Source: a virus. From it: a stretch of DNA of 64,000 nt. The first letter of the stretch is position 1. Each line of letters opens with the position of its first letter. Below, in pieces: positions 45,421 to 56,461 of this stretch. The DNA lies in IMG/VR virus record IMGVR_UViG_3300037804_000222, positions 26,772-90,771 of that record; one strand, 5' to 3'. Under the pieces are notes generated by a model, which was given only the letters and a program-made list of their open reading frames with translations, had not been told where the DNA came from and did no database searches. A program made the translations under genes and the position numbers.

Positions 45421-48400
45421 GCGTAGATATTAATTATACAGATGGGCATAAAGTAATTAATTTTAGTGGGGCAACTCCTACATTTGGAGATTTAAAGAAT
45501 TCTAATTTTGGAGTATTTAATAATTACTCTTCAAATTCATTTAGTTCTGTATTTCCCGATGACCAATTAGCGTTGGCACTATCTTCTTTTACTATATATT
45601 CAGAAGAGGGAGTTCCTAAGATTACTGTATTTGCAGATACGAATGGTTATATAAGAGCGTTTAACAGAGATATTCAACCTTTAAGCGGCCCATCTTCTCA
45701 GCAATGGTCTCAAATGGTTGGAAATGCGGCCTTTATGACGTCATGGAGTGGAGGATTTATAGATCTTCACGAGGCTGATTTTTGTCCTACAGTTGCAACT
45801 ATAATTGAAGAGCCAAATCAAGATGTTAGTAATAAACAGACTTTTCTTGTATCTGGAGATGATTGGACAAGTAAACTTTGGCTGCATCATTTCGATTTAG
45901 ATGCCCATCAACTTGATTCTAATGGAAATGAAATTATAGATTGCGCAAATTCTATAGATCCAGAGTATGGAAATGTAATTAATAAACAAGGGATGTTTAT
46001 AACCTCTAATCTACAGGAACATATTACATCTGCAATAACTATTAATTCAGATGAACCTACTGATGAGTCTATTAATGCTTCCTCTGATAAAGAAGCAGCA
46101 TTAGCTTTAAGAGAAGCTCTTATATATCCTGGCCTTAATATTACTACTACTTATAGTAGTTGTTATAAATTTTTTGTAATACCTGTAAAAACAGATGTTA
46201 TTGCTCTAAATAATAGTCCTGTTAATTTAGGGGTAGTACTTTTTGATTATGAATTAAATGCTTTTCAATATAGACATATAGCTTCAGATCTTTCGGCGGT
46301 TTCCACTTATATAAAAATTTCTAATGGGTATAATGGTAGTTATAAAAAAGTTTTAAGATATAGTGATTTAGAGCCTAATGATACAGCTATCTCTACATTT
46401 ACAGGATTTAGTTTTGATACTAATGGATTAAAAGCTACTGCAGGTAAAAAGTGGAACTCTAGTTCTAATCAGTTTTCTACAGGAGAGACCCTGTCGGGAA
46501 ATAATTGGGATATATTATATAGTCAACTTCCTGTAGCTTTTGGAAATAGATTATTAGCAGCTTCAGATACTACTATTTTAAGTGAAGCTGCGTTAGGAAC
46601 TTCTGACGCTTTAAGTGATTATGATACTTCTGCTGTAGAGTTAGAAGAAAAAAGCGACAATGTAGGATACTTTAATATCGCATATGGGACTAAGCATGGG
46701 TTTGTACTAATGCGTATGCATTCACACTGCCCTATTATTTTAGACCCTTCTACACCTGATGGTATAGAGTTACATATTCCTGGAGGTAAATGGGATTATA
46801 CAGAAACTATTAATGGAGTTGATTCAACTCCGATAAATGACGCGGGAGGATACACACCAATATCTATGGTGTTTTCTCCTGATAATAATTTTCTATACAC
46901 TGTTGTAGCTAAACCAGATGAAAGAGATAAAAGATATATTTGTATTTATGATTTAACTAATCCTGATGTAGATGCTATTAATAGTAGTGCTCAAATATAT
47001 GCAGATCCATTTGAGGCGGGAGTTAAAAATGTTAGGTTATTGGCTAATAATAAAATAGTTTTCTTTAGTCGATCTGGTAATGAGTATTCAGTATCTACTC
47101 CAGATATAGATACGCAAGCGGGAGTCTTAGGTTTTGATATTGGTGGTTATACGTCTAGTGCTAGTGAAGTAGATTTTTCAATTACTCCTATGAAAGGTTT
47201 ATGGTCTACAGCTAGCTCTAATAATACTTGGAAAGGGGCTAATACTCCTCCTATAGCCTCGGGCTCGGTTATGCTTGTTAATACTGCAACAACAGATAGT
47301 AGTGTAGCCACTCCTTATGGGTACCTAGATGTGCAAAATCCTGCAAATGGATTTACACCAACTGCTTCTTTAAATGCTGCAAATGCTGAGAACTGGATAA
47401 ATTCTGTATTAATATCAGACGGTAATAACTCTCCTTTTATAGCCGCAAAACTAGAAAGAATAGATAATGTAACTACTGTCACGATTTTTAATCCAAATAC
47501 TAATGATATAGAGCATATATTAACGCTAGATGATTCATATATTCATGATGAGTTTTATACTATGCCAGATTCTATTAGTTATGTTAAACTAGCATCTCCT
47601 GCAAATATGTATGGAATTCTAGTGCACTATGCTAATCATAATCCGCTACTTGTGAGCGGTGAAGCGGGGGCTGCCTTCTTTGGAGGAATGCAAGGAACTA
47701 ATACTCCAGATTCTTTTGTTGGTTATAATAAATCTTTTGTTTGTTTAGTAGAACTTTCAGCAGATAATACAGTAAATATTATCACTGATATGAGCTCTGA
47801 TAATCCCAACTTAGCTCCTTATAGCCCTCCTTTAGCAACCTGGAACATTGTAGGTTCGCAAGATTCGACTGGGAGTTCGAGGCAAATGCAAACTTTTGGA
47901 GGAATGAAAATTATTAGTCTTGATGGAGATGACAGTTATTTGATTGAGCTTAAGAATAATGATGATGATGTCTATCATGATATATCTTTCAATAGTGCTA
48001 AAGATATGTCTCATGATTATATTAGAGTTGAAATAAATATTAGTAATCTTAGTAGTGGGCATTCGGCGAGTACTTTATCTTATGATAGTGTTAATAACAC
48101 AGTATCTGCATTTACGGGAGCCACTGCGGCTTCTTTCAAGTATATAGGACTACCTTCTACTTTTGGGAAAAAGACTTCAATAACCCCTAATCCTCCTACA
48201 CATAGTTTTATAGCTGTTTCTCATGATGCTAATTTTATAGCTGGGTTTTATTATAATACTACAGCTGCCACTGTTCTTATATTTGCTCCCCACGCTACTA
48301 TGGAGTTTGAGCAAGATGATAGACATTTAGCATCAAAACTTAGTGAAGCTGCTTCTAGAAAGTTATCAGGATATATAGGAGAAGATTTTTATATTTCAGG

Positions 48401-48872
48401 AGCAGAGTTTGCAGCAAATAGAAGAAATCTTTATGTTCTTTTAAAACATAAAGCAGATGAAACTATTTCAAAGATAATTAAAATAGATATTGGAAATACT
48501 GATAACTATTACAATGGATATAATACAGAAGGACCATTTACAACTTATAATATACCAGAAAGTAATTTATTAGAAGTTTCAGAGTATCATTATACTACCG
48601 CTATATCTGTGAGTGAGGCTTATGCTGGATTTGAATTACCTCCAGGCGTTACTTCCGAAACTTTATTAGATACTTCTATACAAAATAATACCTATATAAC
48701 TGGAATGTTCAAGGCTTTAGATCATAGAATATATTTTATATGTGAAAATGAGGGTTCAACTGCCCTTACACTAGGACGGATAGTAAATCCTGATACTATT
48801 ATAGGGGCCCCAACATCAGCAACTAGATATATAAAAGCAGGAATACCTCTTACTATAAACGATCTTTCATAA
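45417..48872 (+). CDS. large beta-rich (probable beta-propeller) virion protein
   Basis: MVFSPDNNFLYT, AEFAANRRNLYV, ALDHRIYF..LGRIVNPD blade-like motifs; 1151 aa. Confidence 0.6.
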   Translation: MSVDINYTDGHKVINFSGATPTFGDLKNSNFGVFNNYSSNSFSSVFPDDQLALALSSFTIYSEEGVPKITVFADTNGYIRAFNRDIQPLSGPSSQQWSQMVGNAAFMTSWSGGFIDLHEADFCPTVATIIEEPNQDVSNKQTFLVSGDDWTSKLWLHHFDLDAHQLDSNGNEIIDCANSIDPEYGNVINKQGMFITSNLQEHITSAITINSDEPTDESINASSDKEAALALREALIYPGLNITTTYSSCYKFFVIPVKTDVIALNNSPVNLGVVLFDYELNAFQYRHIASDLSAVSTYIKISNGYNGSYKKVLRYSDLEPNDTAISTFTGFSFDTNGLKATAGKKWNSSSNQFSTGETLSGNNWDILYSQLPVAFGNRLLAASDTTILSEAALGTSDALSDYDTSAVELEEKSDNVGYFNIAYGTKHGFVLMRMHSHCPIILDPSTPDGIELHIPGGKWDYTETINGVDSTPINDAGGYTPISMVFSPDNNFLYTVVAKPDERDKRYICIYDLTNPDVDAINSSAQIYADPFEAGVKNVRLLANNKIVFFSRSGNEYSVSTPDIDTQAGVLGFDIGGYTSSASEVDFSITPMKGLWSTASSNNTWKGANTPPIASGSVMLVNTATTDSSVATPYGYLDVQNPANGFTPTASLNAANAENWINSVLISDGNNSPFIAAKLERIDNVTTVTIFNPNTNDIEHILTLDDSYIHDEFYTMPDSISYVKLASPANMYGILVHYANHNPLLVSGEAGAAFFGGMQGTNTPDSFVGYNKSFVCLVELSADNTVNIITDMSSDNPNLAPYSPPLATWNIVGSQDSTGSSRQMQTFGGMKIISLDGDDSYLIELKNNDDDVYHDISFNSAKDMSHDYIRVEINISNLSSGHSASTLSYDSVNNTVSAFTGATAASFKYIGLPSTFGKKTSITPNPPTHSFIAVSHDANFIAGFYYNTTAATVLIFAPHATMEFEQDDRHLASKLSEAASRKLSGYIGEDFYISGAEFAANRRNLYVLLKHKADETISKIIKIDIGNTDNYYNGYNTEGPFTTYNIPESNLLEVSEYHYTTAISVSEAYAGFELPPGVTSETLLDTSIQNNTYITGMFKALDHRIYFICENEGSTALTLGRIVNPDTIIGAPTSATRYIKAGIPLTINDLS

Positions 48873-48892
48873 TTAAATAGAAATTAGACAGA

Positions 48893-51800
48893 ATGAAAAA
48901 TATTAATATTGATAATGTAGATGCTAAAATAGTAGTTCAAGGAGGACCAGGAGTTGGGCCTGGAGGTGATGGAGGTGATCCCGTTGAGCCAATCGCAGGG
49001 TGTACTGATCCAGCTGCTTGTAATTATAATTCATATGCTACTTATAATAGTGGTTCATGTACTTATCCTGATGAGTATTGTATGAATCTTTCTGGAGGGG
49101 AGGACTATCTAGGAGGTTTTGTAGACGCTGGTGCGGATTGTGAAATGGCTCCATTAAATGTTTGTCCTGGATGTTATATAACAGATTCTGATTGGGGTAT
49201 ACCTCAATATACAAATAATGATGGAGGAACAAATAATGAGTGGTGTGAATATTGTAATGATCCAGATGCACTTAACTATGTTGGTCCGTGGGCTGTTACA
49301 GACCTAATGATAGCAAAACCATCGATGTGTAGATTTGGAGTTTGTTTGACTCCTCAAAATTCAGCTTTAACCGCTTGTAATGTGCATGAGTTTTCTAGTC
49401 AGGTGCCTGGATTTATGGTAGATAATTATGAGCACGATGAAGATAAATGTGTTTATGCGCATACAGGATGTCATTGTGTTCCTGATGGGCAGCAAGGGCC
49501 TGGTGTTACTGCTTGGATAGACTCAGATTACTGTGGAAACTGTATGGATGGGCAGCCATATCCTCCAGCTGTATCTTATCAAGAAGGACTTAGCGAGGAA
49601 TACTGTGATTGCGAGGGTAATGTATTTTCAGAATATTGTAATTGTTCAGGAACTCAACCTGCTGCAAATTGTGACTGTGAAGGCAACCTAATATCTAGTG
49701 CTTATTGTGATTGTGCTGCAGAGCAGCCTACAAGTTCTATTTGTGGGTGTGACGGAGGTGCTACAGGTACTACATTACCTGCGTATCCTACAATTTCAAC
49801 TTTTGATACTGTTGGGAATACAATCTCTGTTTATGATAATATTCCTGGAGGGCAAGTTGCTTGTGATTGTGACGGTTCTGAAACTCCCACTGCTTACTAT
49901 CTCGATGTTGATGGAGATGGATATGGGTGGTCAGGCGACGGCGCAATATATGTATGTACTGCACAACTAGAGGGAGGATCATTAAATATTTCAACTCCTG
50001 GGGCACCAGCAGCTGGTGGATGGTCTACATCTCAATCTGCTTGTGCAGATGCCGATAAAGATTGTAATGGTACTTGTCCAAGTGAATATATTAGTTCTTA
50101 TGGTGCAAATGTGCCAGCCCAACTTAATAGTTGTACTGAATGTATCTCTCCTTCTGGGCAAATAGGAAACTGGGATACAGAATGTTGTTTTAATAATGTA
50201 TTTCAATATGGGCCTTCTGGAGAGGGTTCTTGTCAGGTATGTAATGACGCTTACTGGGGAGTGGGTGCCTATAGTGATGGCGTAGTTTCGGGGGCTATGA
50301 GTGTTGATAGTACTAGTAACACAGACTCTTCTTCAATTAACACTCAACGCGTTTTGTATCAAACCAATGTACCTAATACTGATAGTTCTTCACAAGATTG
50401 GCTCACAGATCATTTCTTTACTTGCAATTGTGCAAATCTTGTAGGAGCAAATTACTATACCGACGATATAGAAAATACAATGTATATAGGGGATGCATGT
50501 GCTTCCTGTTTACAAAAAAATAGTGATGACTTTAAAACTATAGTTACTGATGTTCAGGTAAGTGCTCAATTAGGGGCGAATGGTATAGTTCAAAACGGAG
50601 CGGGGCAATATTTCTGTGACTGTAATGCATCTACTCCTGTAGTTCCTGGAGGGGGATGTTGTGCAGGTAAAGTATTAGCTTGTAATGGACAGTGTTATTA
50701 CCCAGGCTCAGAAGCTGCACCTGTAGATGTGGGATGTGGTTGCGGAGAACCAGAACCAGATGAATGTGGTGTTTGCGCAGGAGGCGGAATTCCTGGAGGA
50801 AATTGCGATTGTAATGGAAATATTCTTGACTGTGCGGGAGACTGTGGAGGAAGTGCAGTAGAAGATGAATGCGGGGTTTGTAATGGAAATAATAGCAGCT
50901 GTACTGGATGTATGGATCCTGATGCTGAAAATTATGATTCAGATGCAACTATAGAATGTGATACTTGTTGTACATACCTCACTGCTAATTTACTTCAATT
51001 AATACAAGCAGATACAGATGCAGACGCTACTGGAGAAGTAGTTTCTCAAGATAATCTTGTCACTCCTTTTACTATGCTGCAATCAGTATTTTCTGAATAT
51101 TATACAGATGTAATCTCTAGTTTACAGGTATGGTATCACCACGGAACGATAGACTCTAATCTATCGCCAAATTCTTTGACAGGGCAGGCAATTTATGGGT
51201 GGAAAGAATTCATAGATAATGACTTTATTACAGGACAAGCTGGTTCTGCTAATTATATAACACAAGGAAATAACTTATATCAATGGAAACCCCCAACGAT
51301 TTCTAGTAGAGTTCAAAAAGTCTCTGCTGATAATTTAAAAATTATATGTGAAAACCCTCAAACTAATGGTGTTGTTTCATATAATATTTATGATTCGAAT
51401 AATGTACTAAGCCTTGCAGACATATACTACTATGGGGATGAGGCTGGATTCGCGATGAGTAATCCTTATATAGATCAGTATTACTCAACATTATATACTA
51501 ATAGTTTAGATGGATATGCAGATGTTAGTAAAATTCGGTATTATTTTTATTTTGATGAAACTATAGATCTTAATACCTCAAGTGTAGAGCAAATATTTGG
51601 AGGCTTTTCTGGTGTTGAATTCGTAAAGTATGTGACTGATGTTAGTGGGCAATCCCCCTCATACATGCTATTTGACGATGGGCAAGTTTGGGATAGTATT
51701 GGTAATATACAATCGGGTGTTCTTGGGTACTTAGCTTCAAATGGCCTACATCCTACTCCTACGATAGGAAATACAACTTATATTAATAGTCAGGGAGCAC

Positions 51801-53245
51801 AGGTTACGGGCTCGGTAGAATCTATACCTGTATATCACGTATATGAAATAACTGTTCGTGATGCAGAAGAGTTTATTATAGATTTAACTGAAATTCCTTT
51901 CCTTTTAGCGCCTGCAGATATTGAAGGGTGTATGAACATGACCGCATGTAATTATAACCCTAATGCAACCATAGGAAATGAAAGTATGTGTAATTTCCCA
52001 GTACCAGGTTATTATTGTGATGGTTCGTCTATTCCTGTAGAGGGATGTATGGATGTTGCAGCAGAGAATTATAATCCTAGTGCAAATGTAGATACAGAAA
52101 ATGTTTGTATTTATTCTGGGTGTACAGATCCATTAGCACTTAATTATAATGTAGTAGCAACAGTTGATGATGATTCCTGTGTGCTGCCTGCGATATGCGA
52201 TGGATTACCTTTAACTCCTATATGTTGTGAAAGCGGATTTACAAATTCTACAACTAATTTTACTTTATTAGATAATATTCCTATATCAAATGAGGAATGT
52301 GAAATTTGCGATTCTTCTATATGTGCAAATGAAAATAATACTGTTTATATATGCTGTGCAGAAGATGCTATTAATACATATGCTGGAGATTTTATAGAGG
52401 GAGTAACAATATGCTCGTCGACTGTATGTGATTTTGAAAGCCCAGAGCCTTCAACATTACATATTAAGACCGCTATAGCTAAACCTTACGAGGTAACTCC
52501 AGCTATGCTCGAAACGTTACAATGGGTAATTTATGATACTTCAGCAAATATAGTAGCAAGCTCATCTTTTATATCTAGTGAAGCAGCAGCTGCTCATTGG
52601 CTTAGTCCTATGTATGGTGTGTCGCAAGTTTCGGAAATACGTAATATTGATAACATAGATACAAATAGTGGTTGTTTATGGTTTATACCTATTGGGTATA
52701 AAGAAAATCCTATATGGGATTATGTGCAGCTGGAAGTTATGTACGGAAATAATCCAATACATAAACTTTATGGTAAACATTCAATTCCTATAAGACTGGG
52801 TACATATGAAATTCTAGGAGGCCCTTCTATATATCCAACAGGAGAGAATTATTCTTCATCTACTGAAAAAGGGTCGGTTAAAATAACTCAATATGGAGAA
52901 TGTGAGTTAGATTGTGATAAAAATACGGTTGCTTTACAGACAGAGTTTTGTGAATTCCCATTAAGAAAAGATGTTATAGAATTCACAGAAGTATTTTTAA
53001 TAGTTGAAACTTCACAACAAGACGGAGATTTTTCACAATCTTCTGTTGTAATCTACAATTTAGATACTGGAGATATAATAACAGAGGTTGTAGGGTTGAG
53101 TAGTAACTCTACTTACAGTAAAAGATTTGTAATATTGAAAGATACTTCTATAGGTATTAAGGCTGTTGGAAACGGTACTACGCCTTTATCTTACAAATTG
53201 ATAAGCGAGTTTGGAAAAGTAATAACTACAAAAGTAATATTATAA
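48893..53245 (+). CDS. giant Cys-rich repeat protein
   Basis: GCTDPAACNY repeats, CDCEGN, DECGVC, YYLDVDGDGYG; 1450 aa. Confidence 0.8.
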   Translation: MKNINIDNVDAKIVVQGGPGVGPGGDGGDPVEPIAGCTDPAACNYNSYATYNSGSCTYPDEYCMNLSGGEDYLGGFVDAGADCEMAPLNVCPGCYITDSDWGIPQYTNNDGGTNNEWCEYCNDPDALNYVGPWAVTDLMIAKPSMCRFGVCLTPQNSALTACNVHEFSSQVPGFMVDNYEHDEDKCVYAHTGCHCVPDGQQGPGVTAWIDSDYCGNCMDGQPYPPAVSYQEGLSEEYCDCEGNVFSEYCNCSGTQPAANCDCEGNLISSAYCDCAAEQPTSSICGCDGGATGTTLPAYPTISTFDTVGNTISVYDNIPGGQVACDCDGSETPTAYYLDVDGDGYGWSGDGAIYVCTAQLEGGSLNISTPGAPAAGGWSTSQSACADADKDCNGTCPSEYISSYGANVPAQLNSCTECISPSGQIGNWDTECCFNNVFQYGPSGEGSCQVCNDAYWGVGAYSDGVVSGAMSVDSTSNTDSSSINTQRVLYQTNVPNTDSSSQDWLTDHFFTCNCANLVGANYYTDDIENTMYIGDACASCLQKNSDDFKTIVTDVQVSAQLGANGIVQNGAGQYFCDCNASTPVVPGGGCCAGKVLACNGQCYYPGSEAAPVDVGCGCGEPEPDECGVCAGGGIPGGNCDCNGNILDCAGDCGGSAVEDECGVCNGNNSSCTGCMDPDAENYDSDATIECDTCCTYLTANLLQLIQADTDADATGEVVSQDNLVTPFTMLQSVFSEYYTDVISSLQVWYHHGTIDSNLSPNSLTGQAIYGWKEFIDNDFITGQAGSANYITQGNNLYQWKPPTISSRVQKVSADNLKIICENPQTNGVVSYNIYDSNNVLSLADIYYYGDEAGFAMSNPYIDQYYSTLYTNSLDGYADVSKIRYYFYFDETIDLNTSSVEQIFGGFSGVEFVKYVTDVSGQSPSYMLFDDGQVWDSIGNIQSGVLGYLASNGLHPTPTIGNTTYINSQGAQVTGSVESIPVYHVYEITVRDAEEFIIDLTEIPFLLAPADIEGCMNMTACNYNPNATIGNESMCNFPVPGYYCDGSSIPVEGCMDVAAENYNPSANVDTENVCIYSGCTDPLALNYNVVATVDDDSCVLPAICDGLPLTPICCESGFTNSTTNFTLLDNIPISNEECEICDSSICANENNTVYICCAEDAINTYAGDFIEGVTICSSTVCDFESPEPSTLHIKTAIAKPYEVTPAMLETLQWVIYDTSANIVASSSFISSEAAAAHWLSPMYGVSQVSEIRNIDNIDTNSGCLWFIPIGYKENPIWDYVQLEVMYGNNPIHKLYGKHSIPIRLGTYEILGGPSIYPTGENYSSSTEKGSVKITQYGECELDCDKNTVALQTEFCEFPLRKDVIEFTEVFLIVETSQQDGDFSQSSVVIYNLDTGDIITEVVGLSSNSTYSKRFVILKDTSIGIKAVGNGTTPLSYKLISEFGKVITTKVIL

Positions 53246-53565
53246 TGGCAACAACATTTGAAGCTTTAACATTAAGTTTAAAAGTATACGGATGTACAAA
53301 TTCCGAATCTATTAACTACGATTCTACAGCAGAGGTAGATAACGGAATGTGTATAGACGCCGCTTTTACATCTTGTATAGAAGACGCAGTATTTAATTCT
53401 TCTCTAAAAGATTGTGAATTAGATAAAAATAAAAGGCACTTAGAAGTATATACGTATTATCAATCATTGCTTGCAGCTTTAAAAGAAAAAAATCAAGTTA
53501 AGATTGATATGTATAAAGATAAATTGGCAGAGCTATGCAATGCTGAATATTGTGAATCATGTTAA
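53245..53565 (+). CDS. hypothetical protein with GCT repeat
   Basis: YGCTNSESINYD; C-terminal CESC. Confidence 0.7.
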   Translation: MATTFEALTLSLKVYGCTNSESINYDSTAEVDNGMCIDAAFTSCIEDAVFNSSLKDCELDKNKRHLEVYTYYQSLLAALKEKNQVKIDMYKDKLAELCNAEYCESC

Positions 53566-53576
53566 AATAAAATAAA

Positions 53577-53936
53577 ATGGATAGAAATAGAGATTTAGCT
53601 AAAGTATTAGCAAGAATAGAAACTAAGATACAAAATCAAATGGATCTGGATTACTCTCGTCATGGGATAACATTTGTTGCTGATGATGATGAGAATGATT
53701 ATACTAGCGCTGATTATGCATATGGGTGGTACGGATTAAAAGTAGATTCAACTGCTACTACTCATGGGGCAAAATTTGACGTTTTAACTATTGACGGAGT
53801 AGATTGCTCAACTACTGTATTAGCAGCTGGAGACACTTTGTATGGAAAAATAACAGCACTTAGAATGCACAGTGATGCAGATTGCAATGTATTTTTATTA
53901 AAAAGAGCTTCTATAGCTTCAAATCTTATAGACTAA
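53577..53936 (+). CDS. hypothetical protein
   Basis: LAAGDTLYGKITAL motif. Confidence 0.7.
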   Translation: MDRNRDLAKVLARIETKIQNQMDLDYSRHGITFVADDDENDYTSADYAYGWYGLKVDSTATTHGAKFDVLTIDGVDCSTTVLAAGDTLYGKITALRMHSDADCNVFLLKRASIASNLID

Positions 53937-54241
53937 TGGGATACGGTAATGGTAATAAACCAGTGGCAGAATCTAGCAGAAGAGTTGTTAAATTCAAATC
54001 TTTATATAAAAAAGCTTTTGGTACTTTCTATACGAATGCTGCTGCCACTAGTGGAAATTGCGCAGTTACATGTCTCTCTCGAAAATTGAAAGGGGCAAAT
54101 GGAACTTTTGCCTTCCGAAAGGGGAATCCAAATGTTATGTTCACATCTGATGATGGAAGAACTGTTGAAAAATTTAGTCTTCGTAATTTAACTTCTAACT
54201 CGACATATAGAGGTGTACATGGAGTAACATTTAGCGCTTAA
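53936..54241 (+). CDS. hypothetical protein
   Basis: ATG overlaps upstream TAA. Confidence 0.6.
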   Translation: MGYGNGNKPVAESSRRVVKFKSLYKKAFGTFYTNAAATSGNCAVTCLSRKLKGANGTFAFRKGNPNVMFTSDDGRTVEKFSLRNLTSNSTYRGVHGVTFSA

Positions 54242-54242
54242 T

Positions 54243-55259
54243 ATGAAAAATATATTATACATACTTTTATTACTTACTACTGTAGCACAAGCACAGATAT
54301 TTAGATTTTCTACATTCTATGCTAGTATAAATACAGGTTCTCCTTTTGCAGAGAATCAACAGTTTATGGTTGATGGAGTAGCGGGTTCAGGACAGCTTGT
54401 AGAGATTACACAAGTTAGTGAGCCTAACTTTAATTTAACTGTAGGGCTTAGAAAGATAGCTAGGTTTGATTATCAAGTTAAGAAGGGTAGATTTTATACT
54501 GGAACAGAGAATGAGATAAGCGATTACGCTACTGTATCTAATGCTCCTGGATTAGAGTATTTGTTAGAGTACTCCACACTTCGTAATAGAGGAATGGAGT
54601 TCCAACAGCATGAGTATAAAGTGAGATATATATCAAATCACTTTACAGCCCGAGCTGCTTATGTAGACGACGGCTTAATAGATTTAAAATATACACAGGG
54701 CGAGTTTAGGCTACGTAAAAATCTGGGAGGTTTAGATTTTACATTAGGCGTGGCCCATCGTTCCCACCCTGTATATGGATACTCTCCTGTACAGGCATGG
54801 TTTGCAATTCCAGAGAATAAGCATTGGTGGCAGTTAGCTAATGACTTTGGGTTTTACAGTGATGATAATGAGTGTTGGACTAGAGACAATATGTGTGTGG
54901 CAGTATCAGATGTAGAGTTTTATACATATCACTTCACTAAAGCTGTAAACGAATACAATAGGCGGCAACTTAAATCTATGGGCCTTCAGCAGGAAGTTTC
55001 TGGTGTAATAGGAGCTGACTATTATAAATATAAAGATAATCTATGGTTACATACCTGGTGCTCTATTTATCCTATTCATAAAGGATTAAATGATTTTTCT
55101 TATGAGTATGAGAATAACAAAGTAGAGTGGGATGTAGGTGTGATTATAGGAAGTAAAATAAACAACCACTTAGGAGTATTCTTAGAAGGAAGACATCTGA
55201 AGTATTGGGATATAAAGTCTTATGAATGTAAGGCGGGTATTAATTATTTAATTTTCTGA
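54243..55259 (+). CDS. putative outer-membrane beta-barrel protein
   Basis: Sec signal MKNILYILLLLTTVAQA; alternating aromatic strands; terminal GINYLIF. Confidence 0.7.
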   Translation: MKNILYILLLLTTVAQAQIFRFSTFYASINTGSPFAENQQFMVDGVAGSGQLVEITQVSEPNFNLTVGLRKIARFDYQVKKGRFYTGTENEISDYATVSNAPGLEYLLEYSTLRNRGMEFQQHEYKVRYISNHFTARAAYVDDGLIDLKYTQGEFRLRKNLGGLDFTLGVAHRSHPVYGYSPVQAWFAIPENKHWWQLANDFGFYSDDNECWTRDNMCVAVSDVEFYTYHFTKAVNEYNRRQLKSMGLQQEVSGVIGADYYKYKDNLWLHTWCSIYPIHKGLNDFSYEYENNKVEWDVGVIIGSKINNHLGVFLEGRHLKYWDIKSYECKAGINYLIF

Positions 55260-55370
55260 TGAGTAAAAAGTATAAATGGGTAAACTTAACGCCCGATGAG
55301 ATTTGGGAACAGACATCTCCTAAAGTTCATAAGAACAAGAAAAAGTATAGTAAAAAAAAGAAATTTAAAG

Positions 55371-55598
55371 ATGAAGACGATTATGGAAATTTTCAAAGAC
55401 GATAATAATTGGAATGAAAAAGCTATTGTAGGGTTTGTAGCTTTTGCTATAATGTGTCTTATAATGGTAGCTGATCTTGTCACGGGTTGGATAGGTGAAG
55501 ATTTAGTAATAAATGAGTTTGTATATGATTCATTCGTATGGGTTGTACTTGGTTGCTTTGGTATATCAGGGGTAGAAAAATTTGCTAACAAAAAGTAA
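55371..55598 (+). CDS. two-TM holin-like protein
   Basis: NEKAIVGFVAF..., LGCFGISGVEKF. Confidence 0.6.
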   Translation: MKTIMEIFKDDNNWNEKAIVGFVAFAIMCLIMVADLVTGWIGEDLVINEFVYDSFVWVVLGCFGISGVEKFANKK

Positions 55599-55822
55599 TG
55601 GTATCAATAGGAATGATAGAACTAGTTATAGGAGTAGCAGTAATACTAGCTACCGCCATGGGATTATGGATAAATTTAAATAATGAATGTACTAAGATAA
55701 AATCAAGAGTATATCAATTAGAACAGTCAGATTCAGAGCTTAAATCACTTTTAGCAGACATATCTGCTAGATTACATGCGATTGAATTATTATTGGCTGC
55801 AAACCAAATAAAAGAAAAGTAA
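55598..55822 (+). CDS. TM + coiled-coil protein
   Basis: N-terminal TM followed by heptads. Confidence 0.65.
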   Translation: MVSIGMIELVIGVAVILATAMGLWINLNNECTKIKSRVYQLEQSDSELKSLLADISARLHAIELLLAANQIKEK

Positions 55823-56100
55823 TGGCAAAAGAATTAAATGAAGATACAAGTTTTAATGTAAGTATTAAAACATTAGCAGGGATAGGATTTGGGATAGCTA
55901 CTATTGTAGGTATGTGGTTCGCTCTTCAGGCAGACATAGCAGAGGCTAAGAAATTACCTGAGCCCCCAGACCCAGAAATTACTAGAATGGAGTTTGATAT
56001 GAAAGATCAATTGATACGCCAAACTATTATGACTACTCAAGATGATGTTTCTGAAATCAAGGAAGATATTAAAATGATTAAAGAAAAATTATATGAATAA
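55822..56100 (+). CDS. TM + coiled-coil protein
   Basis: IVGMWFALQADIAEAKKLP, RMEFDMKDQLIR. Confidence 0.65.
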   Translation: MAKELNEDTSFNVSIKTLAGIGFGIATIVGMWFALQADIAEAKKLPEPPDPEITRMEFDMKDQLIRQTIMTTQDDVSEIKEDIKMIKEKLYE

Positions 56101-56461
56101 GCTATTACTTATATTACTACTGCCTTTAAATATATTTGCCCAGGAGTTTGTGAGTTCTGGGGAATTTGATAATAAAGTTGCGAAAGGAATTACTATTATA
56201 GAATTTTGGGCAGAGTGGAATAAAAGTAATGAATGCTCCTATTTATCTCAATTAAATGACTGTCAAGTATATAAGATTGATGTGTTAAAACACTCAAATA
56301 TCCAAAAGAAATACAAGGTTTTTTCACTTCCGACCCTAATTATTTTTGAAAATGGAAAAGAAATCACTAGATTTGCATCAGACATTACATTTAAACTCCC
56401 CATAGATAAGAAAGGGGTGCAAAAAGAAATCGATAAATTAATTTTTAATAAGTTTCAGTAA
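56093..56461 (+). CDS. exported thioredoxin-fold protein lacking CxxC
   Basis: Signal peptide; IEFWAEWNKSNEC; KIDV..YKVFSLPTLIIFENGKE. Confidence 0.75.
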   Translation: MNKLLLILLLPLNIFAQEFVSSGEFDNKVAKGITIIEFWAEWNKSNECSYLSQLNDCQVYKIDVLKHSNIQKKYKVFSLPTLIIFENGKEITRFASDITFKLPIDKKGVQKEIDKLIFNKFQ

